Shown in pieces: positions 24,911 to 38,600 of a stretch of 55,451 nucleotides of DNA (the first letter of the stretch is position 1; each line of letters begins with the position of its first letter). Origin of the DNA: Nemertoderma westbladi. Its lineage: Eukaryota > Animalia > Xenacoelomorpha. A program made the position numbers and the translations under genes. The notes beneath the pieces were generated by a model. That model made no database searches and was not told the DNA's origin. It saw nothing but the letters and a program-made list of their open reading frames with translations. Location of the stretch: NCBI GenBank assembly GCA_032718475.1, contig JAUCBJ010001623.1, forward strand, positions 1 to 55,451, written 5' to 3'.

Positions 24911-25300
24911 TGTGGGGCGAGCCACGAAATGAGCGAAGCCTTAGCATATGGGTACCATTAACGAGTTATCTGTCGTCGTCTACTTTATGAACCCTAATAA
25001 CTCGGTCATTCCTTGATAAAATTAAACCAAACTTGGTGCGTATGTAGTCCGTCAAAACTTTAGAAAGAATCTGAAGTTTGTTAAAAAAAATCAGACAGAT
25101 TGTCAGTAGGTAGGGCCTAGCACTAGTTTCAGACTTTTGATAAAAACCGAAATAAGTCAGTCAATCATTGATGAAATTAAACCAAACTTGGCCAAAATGT
25201 GGTCTGTCCAAGGATTAGAAAGATTCTGAAGTTTGGTCAAAAATCAGAGTCTCTCGTCGGTACCGGTAGTTTTAGATTTTTGATACAAACCGAAATAAGT
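24911..25300 (-). mobile_element. Helentron/HINE-like non-autonomous repeat copy with two internal subrepeats
   Basis: Reverse complement of the GCTTCGCTCA...GCTCGCCCCACA end; internal AAACCAAACTTGG...TAGAAAGA.TCTGAAGTTTG repeats shared with 46327-46610. Confidence 0.65.
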
Positions 25301-25442
25301 CGCCCACTAATTGGTGTAATTGCGCAGTCTCGTTATTTCTAAATAACTGATATAATTAGGAAGGTAAGATTTCCTTAGTAGTTTCCTTTTACTTCAGTCA
25401 ATTCAGCGTTATGGTGTTTAGTGAGTTTCTAGTTACTGTGAT

Positions 25443-25757
25443 ACTACTAGTGAGTGTGGCACTACTAGTAAGTGTGGCACTACTATAGTGCGTGTGGCAC
25501 TACTAGTGAGTGTGGCACTACTAGTGAGTGTGGCACTACTAGTGAGTGTGGCACTACTAGTGAGTGTGGCACTACTAGTGAGTGTGGCATTACTAGTGAG
25601 TGTGGCACTACTAGTGAGTGTGGCACTACTAGTGAGTGTGGCACTACTAGTAAGTGTGGCACTACTAGTGCGTGTGGCACTACTGGTGAATGTGGCACTA
25701 CTAGTGAGTGTGGCACTACTAGTGACTGTGACACAACTAGTGAGTGTGGCATTACTA
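25443..25757. repeat. 18-bp minisatellite (GAGTGTGGCACTACTAGT)n, ~17 copies
   Basis: Directly readable tandem array. Confidence 0.96.
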
Positions 25758-26849
25758 AGGGGCTATTTTGATAAACCTGTTTTTTTTAGATCGAACATTG
25801 ATACCACAAACGGCTATCTAGTTCGAACATGTTACCAATAATGTGCACGAAATATTGCCAACGTTTGCCAACGTAGACCCTTAGTACCATAAGAACATGG
25901 ACTTCTAGAATATTAATTTATACCAAATATATAGAATGGTATAAATAACATTCTAGAAGCCCATGCATAAGAATGTCTGTGCACGGCCCTATCTTACCCT
26001 ACAGGTACTTCGTACTTACTTCACAGTTCTCACATCTCTCTGTTACCTGAAACTCGCGTTCAGGTGGACAATATTTCTGTATTCATGATTCGAGCACACT
26101 TTAAATTCCCCGTGTATTAAATGTAACCATATTTGAAAAGTCCCTGAAGTTGAGCCGTTTTTAGTATTTTAGTACATTTTATTTGGGCACCATAAATCTA
26201 AGCTAGTTAATTAGTTATGCTTTAGCTCACTCAGGCATGGTAAGTGGCTCATTTAGTGATTATAAGAGTTGATGGGCGGTGGTTCCGTAATTACCCTAAT
26301 GTTTGTTTATGTCGTAGAATCAAGTAACACCACCTGGCACTATTACGGGCTCCGTCATTCGTTGCATTGGTTATTTAGCAAAACCTTAAAGTAATTCGAA
26401 CTATTTATTTGACTAAACTCGATTTTAATGTCCAAGAATCTCATTGTTGCTTGCTTGCAGTATTATTACAGCACAGGAGTAGGCCTATTAGAAACTAAAA
26501 TATTGTACATTACATTAAACATGTCCAGAGTGACAGCGCTGTCAATATGCATTAAAAATACGACGCAAAACTAATGGGCTGTCCCCGTAAAGTTTAGCCT
26601 ATCTATAAACCAGGCTTCCCCCTGTATAAACAATGACTGAGTTTCGATTGATACAGCTCCTTGAGCTAGCAACATGTAACATCATGTATACGGTGATCAG
26701 TATATAAGATCAAAAATAATTATACAGTGACTAATCGATCGTTATGTTCTTTGCAATCTTCCTGTACTCAAGGAATCTGGAGGCCAGAGCCAATTATGTA
26801 CAGACCTTAGGCGGCTTCTCAAGGATAATGTTCTAGAGATGGAGGTGTG

Positions 26850-28727
26850 GCTATGAACCTACTGCATTCTAACCTTATGAACCTTCTGAATTATTATAAT
26901 CTTCTCAACTTACTGAATTCTAACCTTATGAACCTTCTGAATTATTATAATCTTCTCAACTTACTGAATTCTAACCTTATGAACCTACTGAATTATTATA
27001 ATCTTCTCAACTTACTGAATTCTAACCTTATGAACCTACTGAATTATTATAATCTTCTCAACTTACTGAATTCTAACCTTATGAACCTACTGAATTATTA
27101 TAATCTTCTCAACTTACTGAATTCTAACCTTATGAACCTACTGAATTATTATAATCTTCTCAACTTACTGAATTCTAACCTTATGAACCTACTGAATTAT
27201 TATAATCTTCTCAACTTACTGAATTCTAACCTTATGAACCTACTGAATTATTATAATCTTCTCAACTTACTGAATTCTAACCTTATTAACCTACTGAATT
27301 ATTATAATCTTCTCAACTTACTGAATTCTAACCTTATGAACCTACTGAATTATTATAATCTTCTCAACTTACTGAGTTCTAACCTTATGAACCTACTGAA
27401 TTATTATAATCTTCTCAACTTACTGAATTCTAACCTTATGAACCTACTGAATTATTATAATCTTCTCAACTTACTGAATTCTAACCTTATGAACCTACTG
27501 AATTATTATAATCTTCTCAACTTACTGAATTCTAACCTTATGAACCTACTGAATTATTATAATCTACTCAACTTACTGAATTCTAACCTTATGAACCTAC
27601 TGAATTATTATAATCTTCTCAACTTACTGAATTCTAACCTTATGAACCTACTGAATTATTATAATCTTCTCAACTTACTGAATTCTACCCTTATGAACCT
27701 ACTGAATTATTATAATCTTCTCAACTTACTGAATTCTAACCTTATGAACCTACTGAATTATTATAATCTTCTCAACTTACTGAATTCTAACCTTATGAAC
27801 ATACTGAATTCTAACCTTATGAACATACTGAATTCTAACCTTATGAACGTACTGAATTCTAACCTTATGAACATACTGAATTCTAACCTTATGAACGTAC
27901 TGAATTCTAACCTTCTGTCTCACTATCTGAACTATAATTCTAATAATATTCTAATATTCTCACTATCTGAACTTATTGAATTCAAATCTTCTCAACTTAC
28001 TGAATTTCAGTCTTCTCAACTTTCTGAATTCTAATCTTCTCAACTTACTGAATTATATTCTTCTCAACTTACTGAATTATAATCTTAACGTATTGAATTA
28101 TAACCTTATGAACGTACTGAATTCTAACCTTATGAACCTACTAAATTATAATCTTCTCAATTTACTGAATTATAATCTTCTCAACTTACTGAATTATAAC
28201 CTTCTGTCTCACTATCTGAACTTACTGAATTATAATCTTCTCAATTTACTAAATTCTAATTTTCTCAACTTTCTGAATTATAACCTTCTGTCTCACTATC
28301 TGAACTTACTGAATTCTAACTTTACAAACCTTCTGAATTCTAACATGAGCTTACTGAATTATAACCTTCTATCTCACTATCTGAACTATAATTCTAATAT
28401 TCTAATATTCTCACTATCTGAACTTACTGAATTCCAATCTTCTCAACTTTCTGAATTCTAATCTTCTCAACTTACTGAATTCTATTTTTCTCAACTTACT
28501 GAATTCTATTCTTCTCAACTTACCGAATTATAACTTTCTGTCTCCCTGAATTCCAATCTTCTCAACTTACTGAATTCTATTTTTCTCAATTTTCTGAATT
28601 CTAATCTTCTCAACTTACTGAATTCTATTCTTCTCAACTTACCGAATTATAACCTTCTGTCTCACTGAATTCCAATCTTCTCAACTTACTGAATTCTAAT
28701 CTTCTCAACTTACTGAATACTAACCTT
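26850..28727. repeat. 51-bp minisatellite (24+27-bp subunits) grading into 24-bp units and degenerate variants
   Basis: CTAACCTTATGAACCTACTGAATT+ATTATAATCTTCTCAACTTACTGAATT, ~18 homogeneous copies to ~27790, then shorter units. Confidence 0.96.
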
Positions 28728-28899
28728 GCAATGTTAATAATAATAATATTGACTATTTTGGCCGCATTTACACCTAATTATTCCGATGTAATGAGATAAA
28801 AATATTAATAATAAGATGAAAGAAGTAAGAACAATAAAATAACTTAAATAAACACTATACTGTACTATACTATCTAATTGTATATAAATGTGGCTGGCT

Positions 28900-29430
28900 A
28901 TTAGTGTACGATTTGGGGGGCAGCGTAGGTCGTAAATCAGGCAATATCTAGGTGATCCGAATCCACTGCCGTCAGTCGGTAGTTTGTCTGGCACTTGAAG
29001 TAGGCTTAATGTCAGCAACCGAGGTGCAATCCTTCGCACGTAGCTCCTCCGCGCGTTCACAATATGGCCCATACCGTAACTACACCAGGGGCTAACAATA
29101 GTGTTTACCTCGCTGCACTAACATAGTATACAATGGGGCGTAATGAACCCACTGGCGACAAGATGTCTGGACCTATTCATTAACAAGCACTCCAAATTAC
29201 AGGCGCTTTCGCTAAGGGCCAAATTGGGCTAAATGTAAGCCCTTTACTGCCACGGACTGTATATATTAGGAGATAAGGGGTAGCGGACGATTGGGAGAGC
29301 CTGGCTCGAATTACCCCCCAGGGGGTAGGTGTACACAGGTAATGCCAGGGACTTTGCTCTAATAACCTTTCTTGAGTGTTGTTATAGGACGGGTGGCATA
29401 GAAAAGGGCCTATAGGCCAAGTAAATAATG
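28900..29430 (+). mobile_element. Possible SINE remnant
   Basis: GC-richer island with segments reminiscent of conserved SINE central domains (GCACTAACATAGTATACAATGGG; TACCCCCAGGGGGTAG); promoter boxes not clear. Confidence 0.3.
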
Positions 29431-29741
29431 CAAGACAACTTGAAAAGATGGGCGACCCAAAGAATGGGGACCGCTTTTAATTCCAGTTTATCTTTGGCCT
29501 TGAGTTGTCAGCGGGCTTCCTTCCCATCGCTGCTTAGACAACCAAGGAGCACTTACATAGCGGATGATTGCATCTCTTACTCGTCATGAAGCAAATTACG
29601 TGTGTTTCATTTCTATTCACGGTCGGCTGCACACTATACAGTATATAACATTCAACGGTCTCTGTAACTGTGGTCATATATAGTCACAAATGTAATGCAT
29701 ACAAGTAGCATACTGGCATTTCCATAAGCCATACAATCTAC

Positions 29742-30112
29742 TACTACTAGGATCGGCATGCTGCATTGCAGCTGCATTTTTAGGAATGCTGTGCCGGCTT
29801 GTCAACAAAATTGCACCGCCACAACTCCCTATCACGCATGACATTTGCTAGATCATCCGCATCTTTAAGGCCAGTGTCCTTTAAGATGCGTCTCAAGAAA
29901 GTCATGGGCTGTCCACCATGCTTATTCACTCCATGAGGCTGCCAAAGTACAAGATTATGCACTGGCTGGTCCTCACGGCGAAAGCAATGTCCTGCAAAGC
30001 GGAGGCGATTTTGTTCTAGTGTCAAGCTTGGGGGAACCAATGAGACACCTCCAATGTTATATAGTGTCTGGTTGGAGATGTGTGCATTGTACTTGACACA
30101 ATGAACCCGGCG
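29742..30112 (-). mobile_element. 5'-truncated RTE-type LINE copy with (TAG)n tail
   Basis: Near-identical to 52708-53085; 10-bp TSD TACAATCTAC at 29732-29741 and 30113-30122. Confidence 0.92.
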
Positions 30113-30842
30113 TACAATCTACAAAGGAGTGAGTTGGAGACTATTCCATGTGCTAATCCTATTTGTCTGGATATTCATTGTCTCTTTGCCTCTGTATTTT
30201 TTTTGTTAATAATACTTCACTGCCTAGTTTCTACAATGCCACGTTTAAATGAACATTGTACTTTATGCCATGAGCTCAAAGCAGCATCTGATGTACAGTA
30301 TGGAGCCCAAGAAGGACCGCTGTAATTACTGCAGAAGAACTGCTGGACTGCTGCTTCCATAACATTGATAGTCTATTTAACTCATCAGACCACGACCTAT
30401 CATTTACGAAACTTACAAGAAAACAACTGAACACACTGAAGGTCGATTAGCTACTGGTTGTACGTGTATTTCTACCACATCAACCATATTTGCAGGACTT
30501 TCTCCTTGTCAATGATCTGATTTCTGTCGCACGGTACAACGGAATGTGGTATCTTCCGCATTCCAGTTAAAACCAGTTGTCGTAAGTCCAAAATCGATAA
30601 TTTCGTAAAAAATATATGAACTCGCACTAACCGCGATTTCCAATGCCTCACAGTGCGGAATTTCCAAAAGGACCAGTTATTGTATTTTCTGTTTGTCCAT
30701 TGTACATCGTATATCGTCATTGTATATCATAATGTCTATTTGTCGTTGACGATTGTTATTTTAGGGCGAGTCAAAATTATGACCCATCACCAAGCTGTTA
30801 TGATTATACTTTGATAATTGAATGTACTGACATACTGACTAA

Positions 30843-32477
30843 GGTGTCGTCGCGTTTCGGCAACTGTCGCGTTTCGGCAACAGTCGCGATTCGGCACAAA
30901 AAGTTGCGTTTTGACAATAAAGAAGCGTTTCGGCAAAAAAAGTCGCGTTTCGGCAACAGTCGCGATTCGGCAAAAAAGTTGCGTTTCGGCAAAAGGTTGC
31001 GTTTCGGCAAAATTATTTCTTTATTGCAGGAGAATACATTACATTATACTATCAACAATACAAGTAAAAGTGAAAAGTGAAACAAGCAGGACATTATAAA
31101 TATACAACACAATTGCACTTTCGTTCGTTAGTTGCAATGCTAATAAAAGTTTAACTTCCCTGCCCTGGAATAGTGTTGTATAGGTACGTCGTCGTGTTAA
31201 CCATGAATTTTGGTGAGGCCCAGAAAGTCCTAAGTAAAAGGCTTTCTGGGCAGGTTCGTACAATTAAAGATGGTGATATAAATATTGTGTACAGATGGGG
31301 AATTAAGAAAATAGACGGTGGTGTAGAGTACCGTGCCTGTGTGCCCATTGCAGGAAAGTAAAAGAGGCCGCTTTCCTAAACGTAAAGATTTTGTAAAATA
31401 GCAGTTTCCTGTTGCATTTATTGTTACATAAATCATAAAACACCTAACTGTAGTTCAATTCAAAACCTAAATAATGCACTAAAATTAAACTGCAAAGCAC
31501 AATTGAACATAATAAATCAAAAGGGTAAATAATAGGGTGTTGAAACTAAAGTGAGGGATGTTCTTAGCGAGTATGGACGAGTTTCGTTTAATTCTAGTTG
31601 TGATTTATTGAGTTTCAGTTTCGGCCAATCAGAGCGTCCCATTCGTAGACCACTCGTCCCTTGGGTCTGAAAATGATAATTGGACCTTACAATTGGCCTA
31701 TGTATCTATGGTAAAAAAAATTTTTTTATTTGCGTGAACAATAATGGAAGAGTTCTCCTATCTTATAATATTTTACTTACAGTAGAATAATATCCGATAT
31801 TGATTTGCGTATAAATAAAGGTAAAAGGTAACTCATTGTTTATTTGTAACTAGGGGTGCACCACGCATACTTTTACTTTATTCGTATTATAAACATTTAT
31901 TAAAAACGAATGACAATGAAATATATATTTATTTACTTTAATTGTTGTAATGTGTCTAGAAAGGTTAATTAAATTACGAAAAAATATATTTATCAATCAA
32001 GTAATATAGGCAACTGGCAACAATAGTGCGAAATTAATTCCATACAAAGAAATTAATTAATATTAGTATATTTCTAATACCACCTACCTTGCATAATTGA
32101 CATAAAAAAGGCCACTACAATTTTAATTATTGAATTCAACCCCGATCTAAAGTAGCATCTAGTAATTTGTCTTTATTTTTTGCCGAACCGCAACTTTTTG
32201 CCGAAACGCAACTTTTTTGCCGAATCGCGACTGTTCCGAAACGCAACTTTTTGCCGAAACGCACCTTTTTTTGCCGAATCGCGACTTGTTGCCGAATCGC
32301 GACTTTTTTTGCCGAAACGCATATTTATTGCCGAAACGCAACTTTTTTGCCGAATCGCGACTTGTTGCCGAATCGCGACTTTTTTTGCCGAAACGCATAT
32401 TTATTGCCGAAACGCAACTTTTTTGCCGAATCGCGACTGTTGCCGAAACGCGACAGTTGCCGAAACGCGATGTAACC
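30843..32477. mobile_element. Foldback-type DNA transposon with modular inverted arms and an 8-bp TSD
   Basis: GG...CC termini; arms made of GCGTTTCGGCAA / TTGCCGAAACGC subrepeats (30843-31012 and ~32175-32477); TSD CTGACTAA at 30835-30842 and 32478-32485. Confidence 0.9.
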
Positions 32478-34423
32478 CTGACTAATGGGGGCTTCGTATA
32501 TATATAAAATCTATCCAAACAATTTTATTTATGTCGTTTTTGTTTGTATCGTTTGTGTTGTTTTTTGATGGCCTTAGGCCTGAGCACTACTTTGGGCGTA
32601 ATGACCTGATCCTACGTTTTTTGTTAGTTTGTGGGGTGTAAGACTCTAGTGTTTTACCCATAGATTTTATGATTATACTTTAACCGTTTTCCAAATGTTG
32701 CGATGATGCACAAAATCTTCATTCCTGTCTATTATTGGTAGCAGCATTGTCTAATTAAATCCAATATTCCGGCGATTACGATTACATATAATCTACAGTT
32801 TTATATTGGCGCCCTTTCGCCTTTCGACTTTAGAAAACTGCACTTCGCATAATATTCCGTATCGAAATTACAAATTTCTATACAATACCCAAACAATTTC
32901 CCACATTCCCTACACACCTTACCACAAACTTTCCAAATACATACATACTTACTTAGGATAAAAACTTTATTACAGGAGATGAGGAACTGTAAATCGCGAA
33001 AGTTGTCCTGCGAACATGGTGTAACCTTTACTGATAGATAGCACGATCGGATACTGAACTATTTTAATGTTCCTAATTCGACATGAACTAAACGAAAAAA
33101 AACATAAAGTTTTTGATATCAATATTATCCATGTTGTATTACTGTGCAATTTTATCGATTTATGTGTTAGTCCTGTATACCTTGTCACAGCGGTGTGAAT
33201 TTTTATAATGATATGAAATTGGTCTTTAAGTGGTTTATTTTTGATATGTGGGAAGGTGTGGAGGGAATTGGGTCCATCAATGGCATTGTCTAATTTACTC
33301 GAAAGGGGGACATTCGTATCACAATAATTGTTAACGTTTTTCCAAAAATAATTTTGGATGGGCGAATATAATGATTCTGTAAGTTTGGATTCCATTGTCC
33401 ATATTATGGGCATTGGCTATTGTCGAACTAGAACGCCATCAAGAGGTCTTTTAAACGAACCTATCTTAAACCGACTCAAGAAACAGATGGGATTGGAAGA
33501 AGCAAACCAAGAATGACTTTCATCAACTAAAAAACTGCCTCCCTTTTAATGTAAATATACACATTCGCCTAGGCAAACAAATCATAATCACAATTACTAC
33601 GATGATGTCTGAAATGGTATCCATATCCGCGACCTGAGAAACGGCCCAAAAGAGCAGTTTATTCTGCGGAGGGGTCTTTTCTGTATTAGATAAATAAAAT
33701 GAAGAACACTAATTATTTATACCTAATTACATTCTCAGTTAGCCTAATAAAAACATCGGAGCAACCAATATAATGTACATGTACAAGCATCCTATGAAAG
33801 TTTGTGAAATGTTCCCTTAAGTCTACCCAACAGCCGTTGGTACCCGGCTGGCAGCCACCCTGGTTCAGTTTTATGGTTTTGTTAGTTTAATCGACAGCTG
33901 TTGTAAACGTCCCATATATACAAAACCTAGTAAGCCTTTACATTACAATTGAGCTTAGCCTGAATTGATGGCAGTATTATAACGTTGACAATAGGCCCTA
34001 TAGTGTAGGCTATACTCTATATACATACAGTATATAAGTGATGTACTGCTTGGCATTATAATAACTGCTTAAATACCGATAGAACATAATTAACGATATA
34101 ATTAATATACGTAACTCCAATTGACAATAAGTAGTGAAATGTTGTTCAGCTGTAAAAGTGTAGTTGTGTGTATTTAATTTCGCGTTCCATAATGTTGATG
34201 TAAAGCGGATTCAATTCCGCCTCATTACCCACCGAAAAATGGGATAGTGGCATTTTCAGCAATATGTTGGAGATACGAGATTAGCAATATTAATCTCGTA
34301 TCACAACCAACATTTGGGGGGGGGGGCAACACAAGCCCCGAAGCCACGCACAAAGGAAGGTTAGAGGTCAAACCACCTCGGAGGGGACACAGCTAGCAGA
34401 GGCTAGCAGCAGAGGGGAAACAC

Positions 34424-34876
34424 TGTTATGGACATAAGTTATATATATTAATGGACATAAGCTATATTAACGGATATAAACGTTATACAGATAAATGCCA
34501 TACTACAGTAACATAATGACTTCAGACTTGTCTTAATGTATCGGTACAGTACTAACATCAATAGCATGTAGCTAGCTTACTGCTTATTAATGCAGCACTT
34601 AGGACTACAGGATTATTTGTCATAATGTACATACTGACTACTTAGGATTGTCTGTCATAATGTACCCAGGACGCTGTGAACCAGTGGCCTAACTTTACAA
34701 GTTTTTTACCAGCTTGTTATACGATGTTAATGTAACGAAGGAATTAAATGTAAATGTTATCGGAAGTTAGCAAACTCGGTCATGTTTTTCCTACGGTGTA
34801 TGTTATTGTGTAATGGCTGCGTTATACGCCTGAAATACCAGCTGACTATAGTAATAGGGCTGCGTTGCTCAGGACA
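34424..34876 (+). repeat. 5' LTR of the BEL/Pao element (453 bp)
   Basis: Direct repeat of 41956-42388; by eye, three substitutions and one 20-bp indel. Confidence 0.95.
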
Positions 34877-35661
34877 GTAAAAAACTTATCTTCGGTGCTG
34901 GTTCCCAGATCGGAATGTTGTAGATCAACCTACAAGCTACAACCAGAATAACCTAACCGTGAATGTATAAACGTATACCGGCTGACCGGTATCTTCAAAG
35001 ATCAAACAGAAAGACAGACGACGGTAGGCCTACCCTAAAACCTTAAAGGTGAAACATCAGGATTAACTAACTAGCAACCAATCAAGTAAGTTCAGAAGTT
35101 GTTAGATTAGAAAGAAGAAACTGATGTAGGCTGCTAATACGTGTCTGCCGATAACAGGATAAACTACATCTATAATTACGGAATTAGATAATACAGTAAT
35201 ACGCTGTCAGTTAGAATAGCCAGTGCCTGAGTGCTGGACTTGACCAGTTGAAAGAATACCGGTAACCTGGTAAACTATTATATACCGGATCCCCGGTACT
35301 ACTACTACTATACCCAGATACCGTACAGCCGTATACCGTATCATACCGGTACAGAACTGCGGAACCACCAATCACAGAATCGGTACCGGCATACCGGTAC
35401 CAAACCACCAATATCGGCTAATACCAGAATACTGGTGATGGTTGGATAATCCTCATACCAGTACTAAGAGTATATATACTGGGATGCTGATATATATAAT
35501 ATAATATGGTATATATAAAGCTGCAAAGATAAAATATATACTGGTATATACAGATATACTGATATCCCATATCTTAATTGGCTGCAGATAAAGTTTGTGA
35601 TTGAAAAACTTTATAGTAGGGTACAGTTGTCCTGCAATAAATAACCGTTTCAAATGCTGAA

Positions 35662-38600
35662 ATGGATGAACAGCAGGTCGCCACTGCATCCAATTACCCA
35701 AAAAGGGTTAAACCACCCACATATTATGTAGCGATTGAAGAATACGAAAAATCTAAGTCTCGTTTGGAGGATTTATTTGGTATTCTTGCCACTGAATTAA
35801 ATAATATTGAGGAAGTAAATTCACACGTTGCTAAACTGAAAGCAGCAAAACATGAATTAGACAATACTTATTGCAAGCTTATAGCTCATCTTAACAAACA
35901 TGCTGTAACTCAGGAAAAGCTGCAAACAACCACAAATTATCAAACCCAAATTAAAATTTATAGGGAGATAATTAAGGGTCTTTCTGACCAAAGGAAAAGT
36001 TTTGGAGCAGAATCAAGCATAGACACCCAGTCAATTGCTCAAATTAGCATTGATAATCGATCCTCTGTGTGTGAATTTAATACACCTCCAGCAAACACCT
36101 TGTTAGATACAGTCCCCCATCCCTCAGATGTAGAGATTGGGACAATGTTCGATACAGTGCCCCATCCATCTAATGTTGAGATTGGGACAAACCCTATCAC
36201 AGGAGTGGCTAACTTATTTGAATTTGATAGTTGCAGTGTCAATGAAGTAAATGCAAAGGGATCACACCCTAACCCTGAAGTTAACCATAGGATAAATCTC
36301 TACCTTGAGCAACAGCGAGAATTGAATAAACCAATATATGGCGATTCAAATCAGCTTACAGGAATGCCTTTAAACCATAACCATAATGATAACAATAGTG
36401 TCAGTTCATGTGCAAACTATATACCATCCTTTATAAATAATAGCATTCCTACTTATGCAAATGTTAACTTTAACGCCATTTCTAGTACTTCCCTTACAGT
36501 GGGGAGACACCCCTCAGCCCCTTTGTCTAGCCCAGTGTGCACTTCAATGTACAAAACCCCAATATTGCCTTTTGGAACAAGTTATATAAATCCAACCGGA
36601 GTATCGGCAGATAATAAAACAGTGACTTGGGGGTTATACACACAAGCAGAACCATTTATACCAGCAAAGGCCCAAGTTCCAGTTTCAATAGCTGGTTGTA
36701 GTGCAGCGCCATATCCGCCCCCTGTTCCAAATTATACTAGTATGAGTTCTAATAGTCCAGTAACTCCCTTCAATTATATTGACCACTCTTCTCAATATCT
36801 AATTCGTAAGGAATTATTAGAAAAATCGTCAGAGCCATTCAAGGGTGAACCATATAGATTCCGTACATGGGCAATGATCCTTGAAAATAGGCTAACTGGT
36901 ATAGAATTATCTCCTCTGGACAAAATATCATTCTTGAAAAGTAATACTATTGGAAAGCCATTAGAACTGATCAATAATTTGGTCGATGCCAGCAGTGCTG
37001 ATCCTACTACAACACTCCAAACAATTTGGAAAGAGCTGGCGCTAAGATTTGGTTCTGGCCCTGAAATTGCAGCTGGGCTAAGGGCCAAATTAACAAACTT
37101 TCATCCAATAAAACGTGGAGATCCAGCTAGCAGGGTCCGTGACCTCGCTGACCTCTGCAGAGTAATAGAACTCAATGTTTATAGTATCCCAGAGTTGAGT
37201 GAATTCAATCTGGGTTCTGGACTTCGCGAAATAAGATCTAAGCTCCCAGACTGGATTGATAACAAATGGATAGACAAGGGAGGGTATTTTGAGGAAAATA
37301 AAGGTTACCACCCACCTTTTTCTTTCTTTTGCGATTTTTTATCAACAATTGCGAGACATATTTGCAGTCCCCACTTTCAAAAGGTGAATTCTCCATTACC
37401 ATATAAGAAGGATCATTTCTTAGGTCAAAAGGAACGCATAAATAAGCATGATATATACATACATGATAACAAACGTTCGCTGAAGTCTGAGAATAATAGA
37501 TCACCAATTTCTTGTATACATTGTAACAAAACAGGTCATTCACTAATTGATTGCAAAGTCTTTGAGAGGCTATCGTATCCAGAAAGGAAACATTTAGCAC
37601 AGCAAAGCAGGTTATGCTATCGTTGTCTCGGAGAACACCTTAGTATTAACTGTAAAGGGTCAATGACATGCAGCAAGTGCAAAAAGAAAAATCATACCAC
37701 GGCAATGCACAGAAATCCACCAGCAGCAACTGAGAACCAACGTGAGGGATCTAATAGAGTGAAGACTGATGAAAATGTGGACCAGACAGCATTATGCACT
37801 GCACTGTGTGGCTTGGGCGCCAGAAGCTGTGGTAAAACATTCCTCGTTGACATTAAAGCACCAAAGGTTTCAGAGAAAACAATGCGGGTATATGCTATTG
37901 TTGATGAGCAGTCTGACTCTTCTTACATCGACCCTAAGGTGCTTTCCTTCCTTCAGTTGCATTCCCCAATCTATGATTATACAGTATCTACCCTCAGTGG
38001 TCATCATTGCAAGGTTAGTGGTATGGTAGCAGAAGGGCTAACAATAAATGGAGTTGGAATGTCCTCAGACTATGATCTCCCATGCTTATTTAGTAATGAT
38101 TGGATTCCAGATACGAAAAGTGAAGTAGCCTCTCCTTCTTTGGTGGAATCTCTTCCTCAGATTAAACATTTATCTTTCAAATTTCAGCCATTGGATGAAG
38201 AAGCTGAAACTTTAATGTTATTAGGTAGAAACTGTGGAGCTTTGATGCAAACAAAGACACATAACAGCATGGCTCCTATAGTTCATGAGACGCCTCTTGG
38301 ATGGGCTTTAGTTGGTGAAACCTGTCCTATTGGCAAGATCAGTAAAAATAAAATAGTAAACAAAACCTTGGCAAAGTTTCGTTGTTCTGACCAACATCAA
38401 TCATCATCATTCACCTTTGGAATGGCAAGTCCTATTTTACTACCAGAAGATAAGGAAACCAAAAGCATTCGTAATGATGTGTTTGCTATGTTCAAAGATG
38501 ATGATTGTGATGGTAAATCTATAGAAGACTATATATTTGATGACAGAATATTGTCCAATTTAGAAGTTACTGCTGATGGCAGTATTCAGTTGCCACTACC

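Noticed and set aside
25472-25841. Repetitive ORFs (ECGTTS, VALLVS, VVPHSL)
   Set aside because: An 18-bp tandem repeat that is open in several frames on both strands.
26847-28461. 395-aa and 161-aa N/L/Y-rich ORFs
   Set aside because: By-products of the 51/24-bp minisatellite; no unique coding sequence.
30123-30360. Hydrophobic GPCR-like peptide interrupted by the LINE
   Set aside because: Short, contains stops and has no diagnostic motif; not supportable.
30804-32518. Multiple ORFs in the CGTTTCGGCAA arms
   Set aside because: Translations of the foldback's modular inverted repeats.
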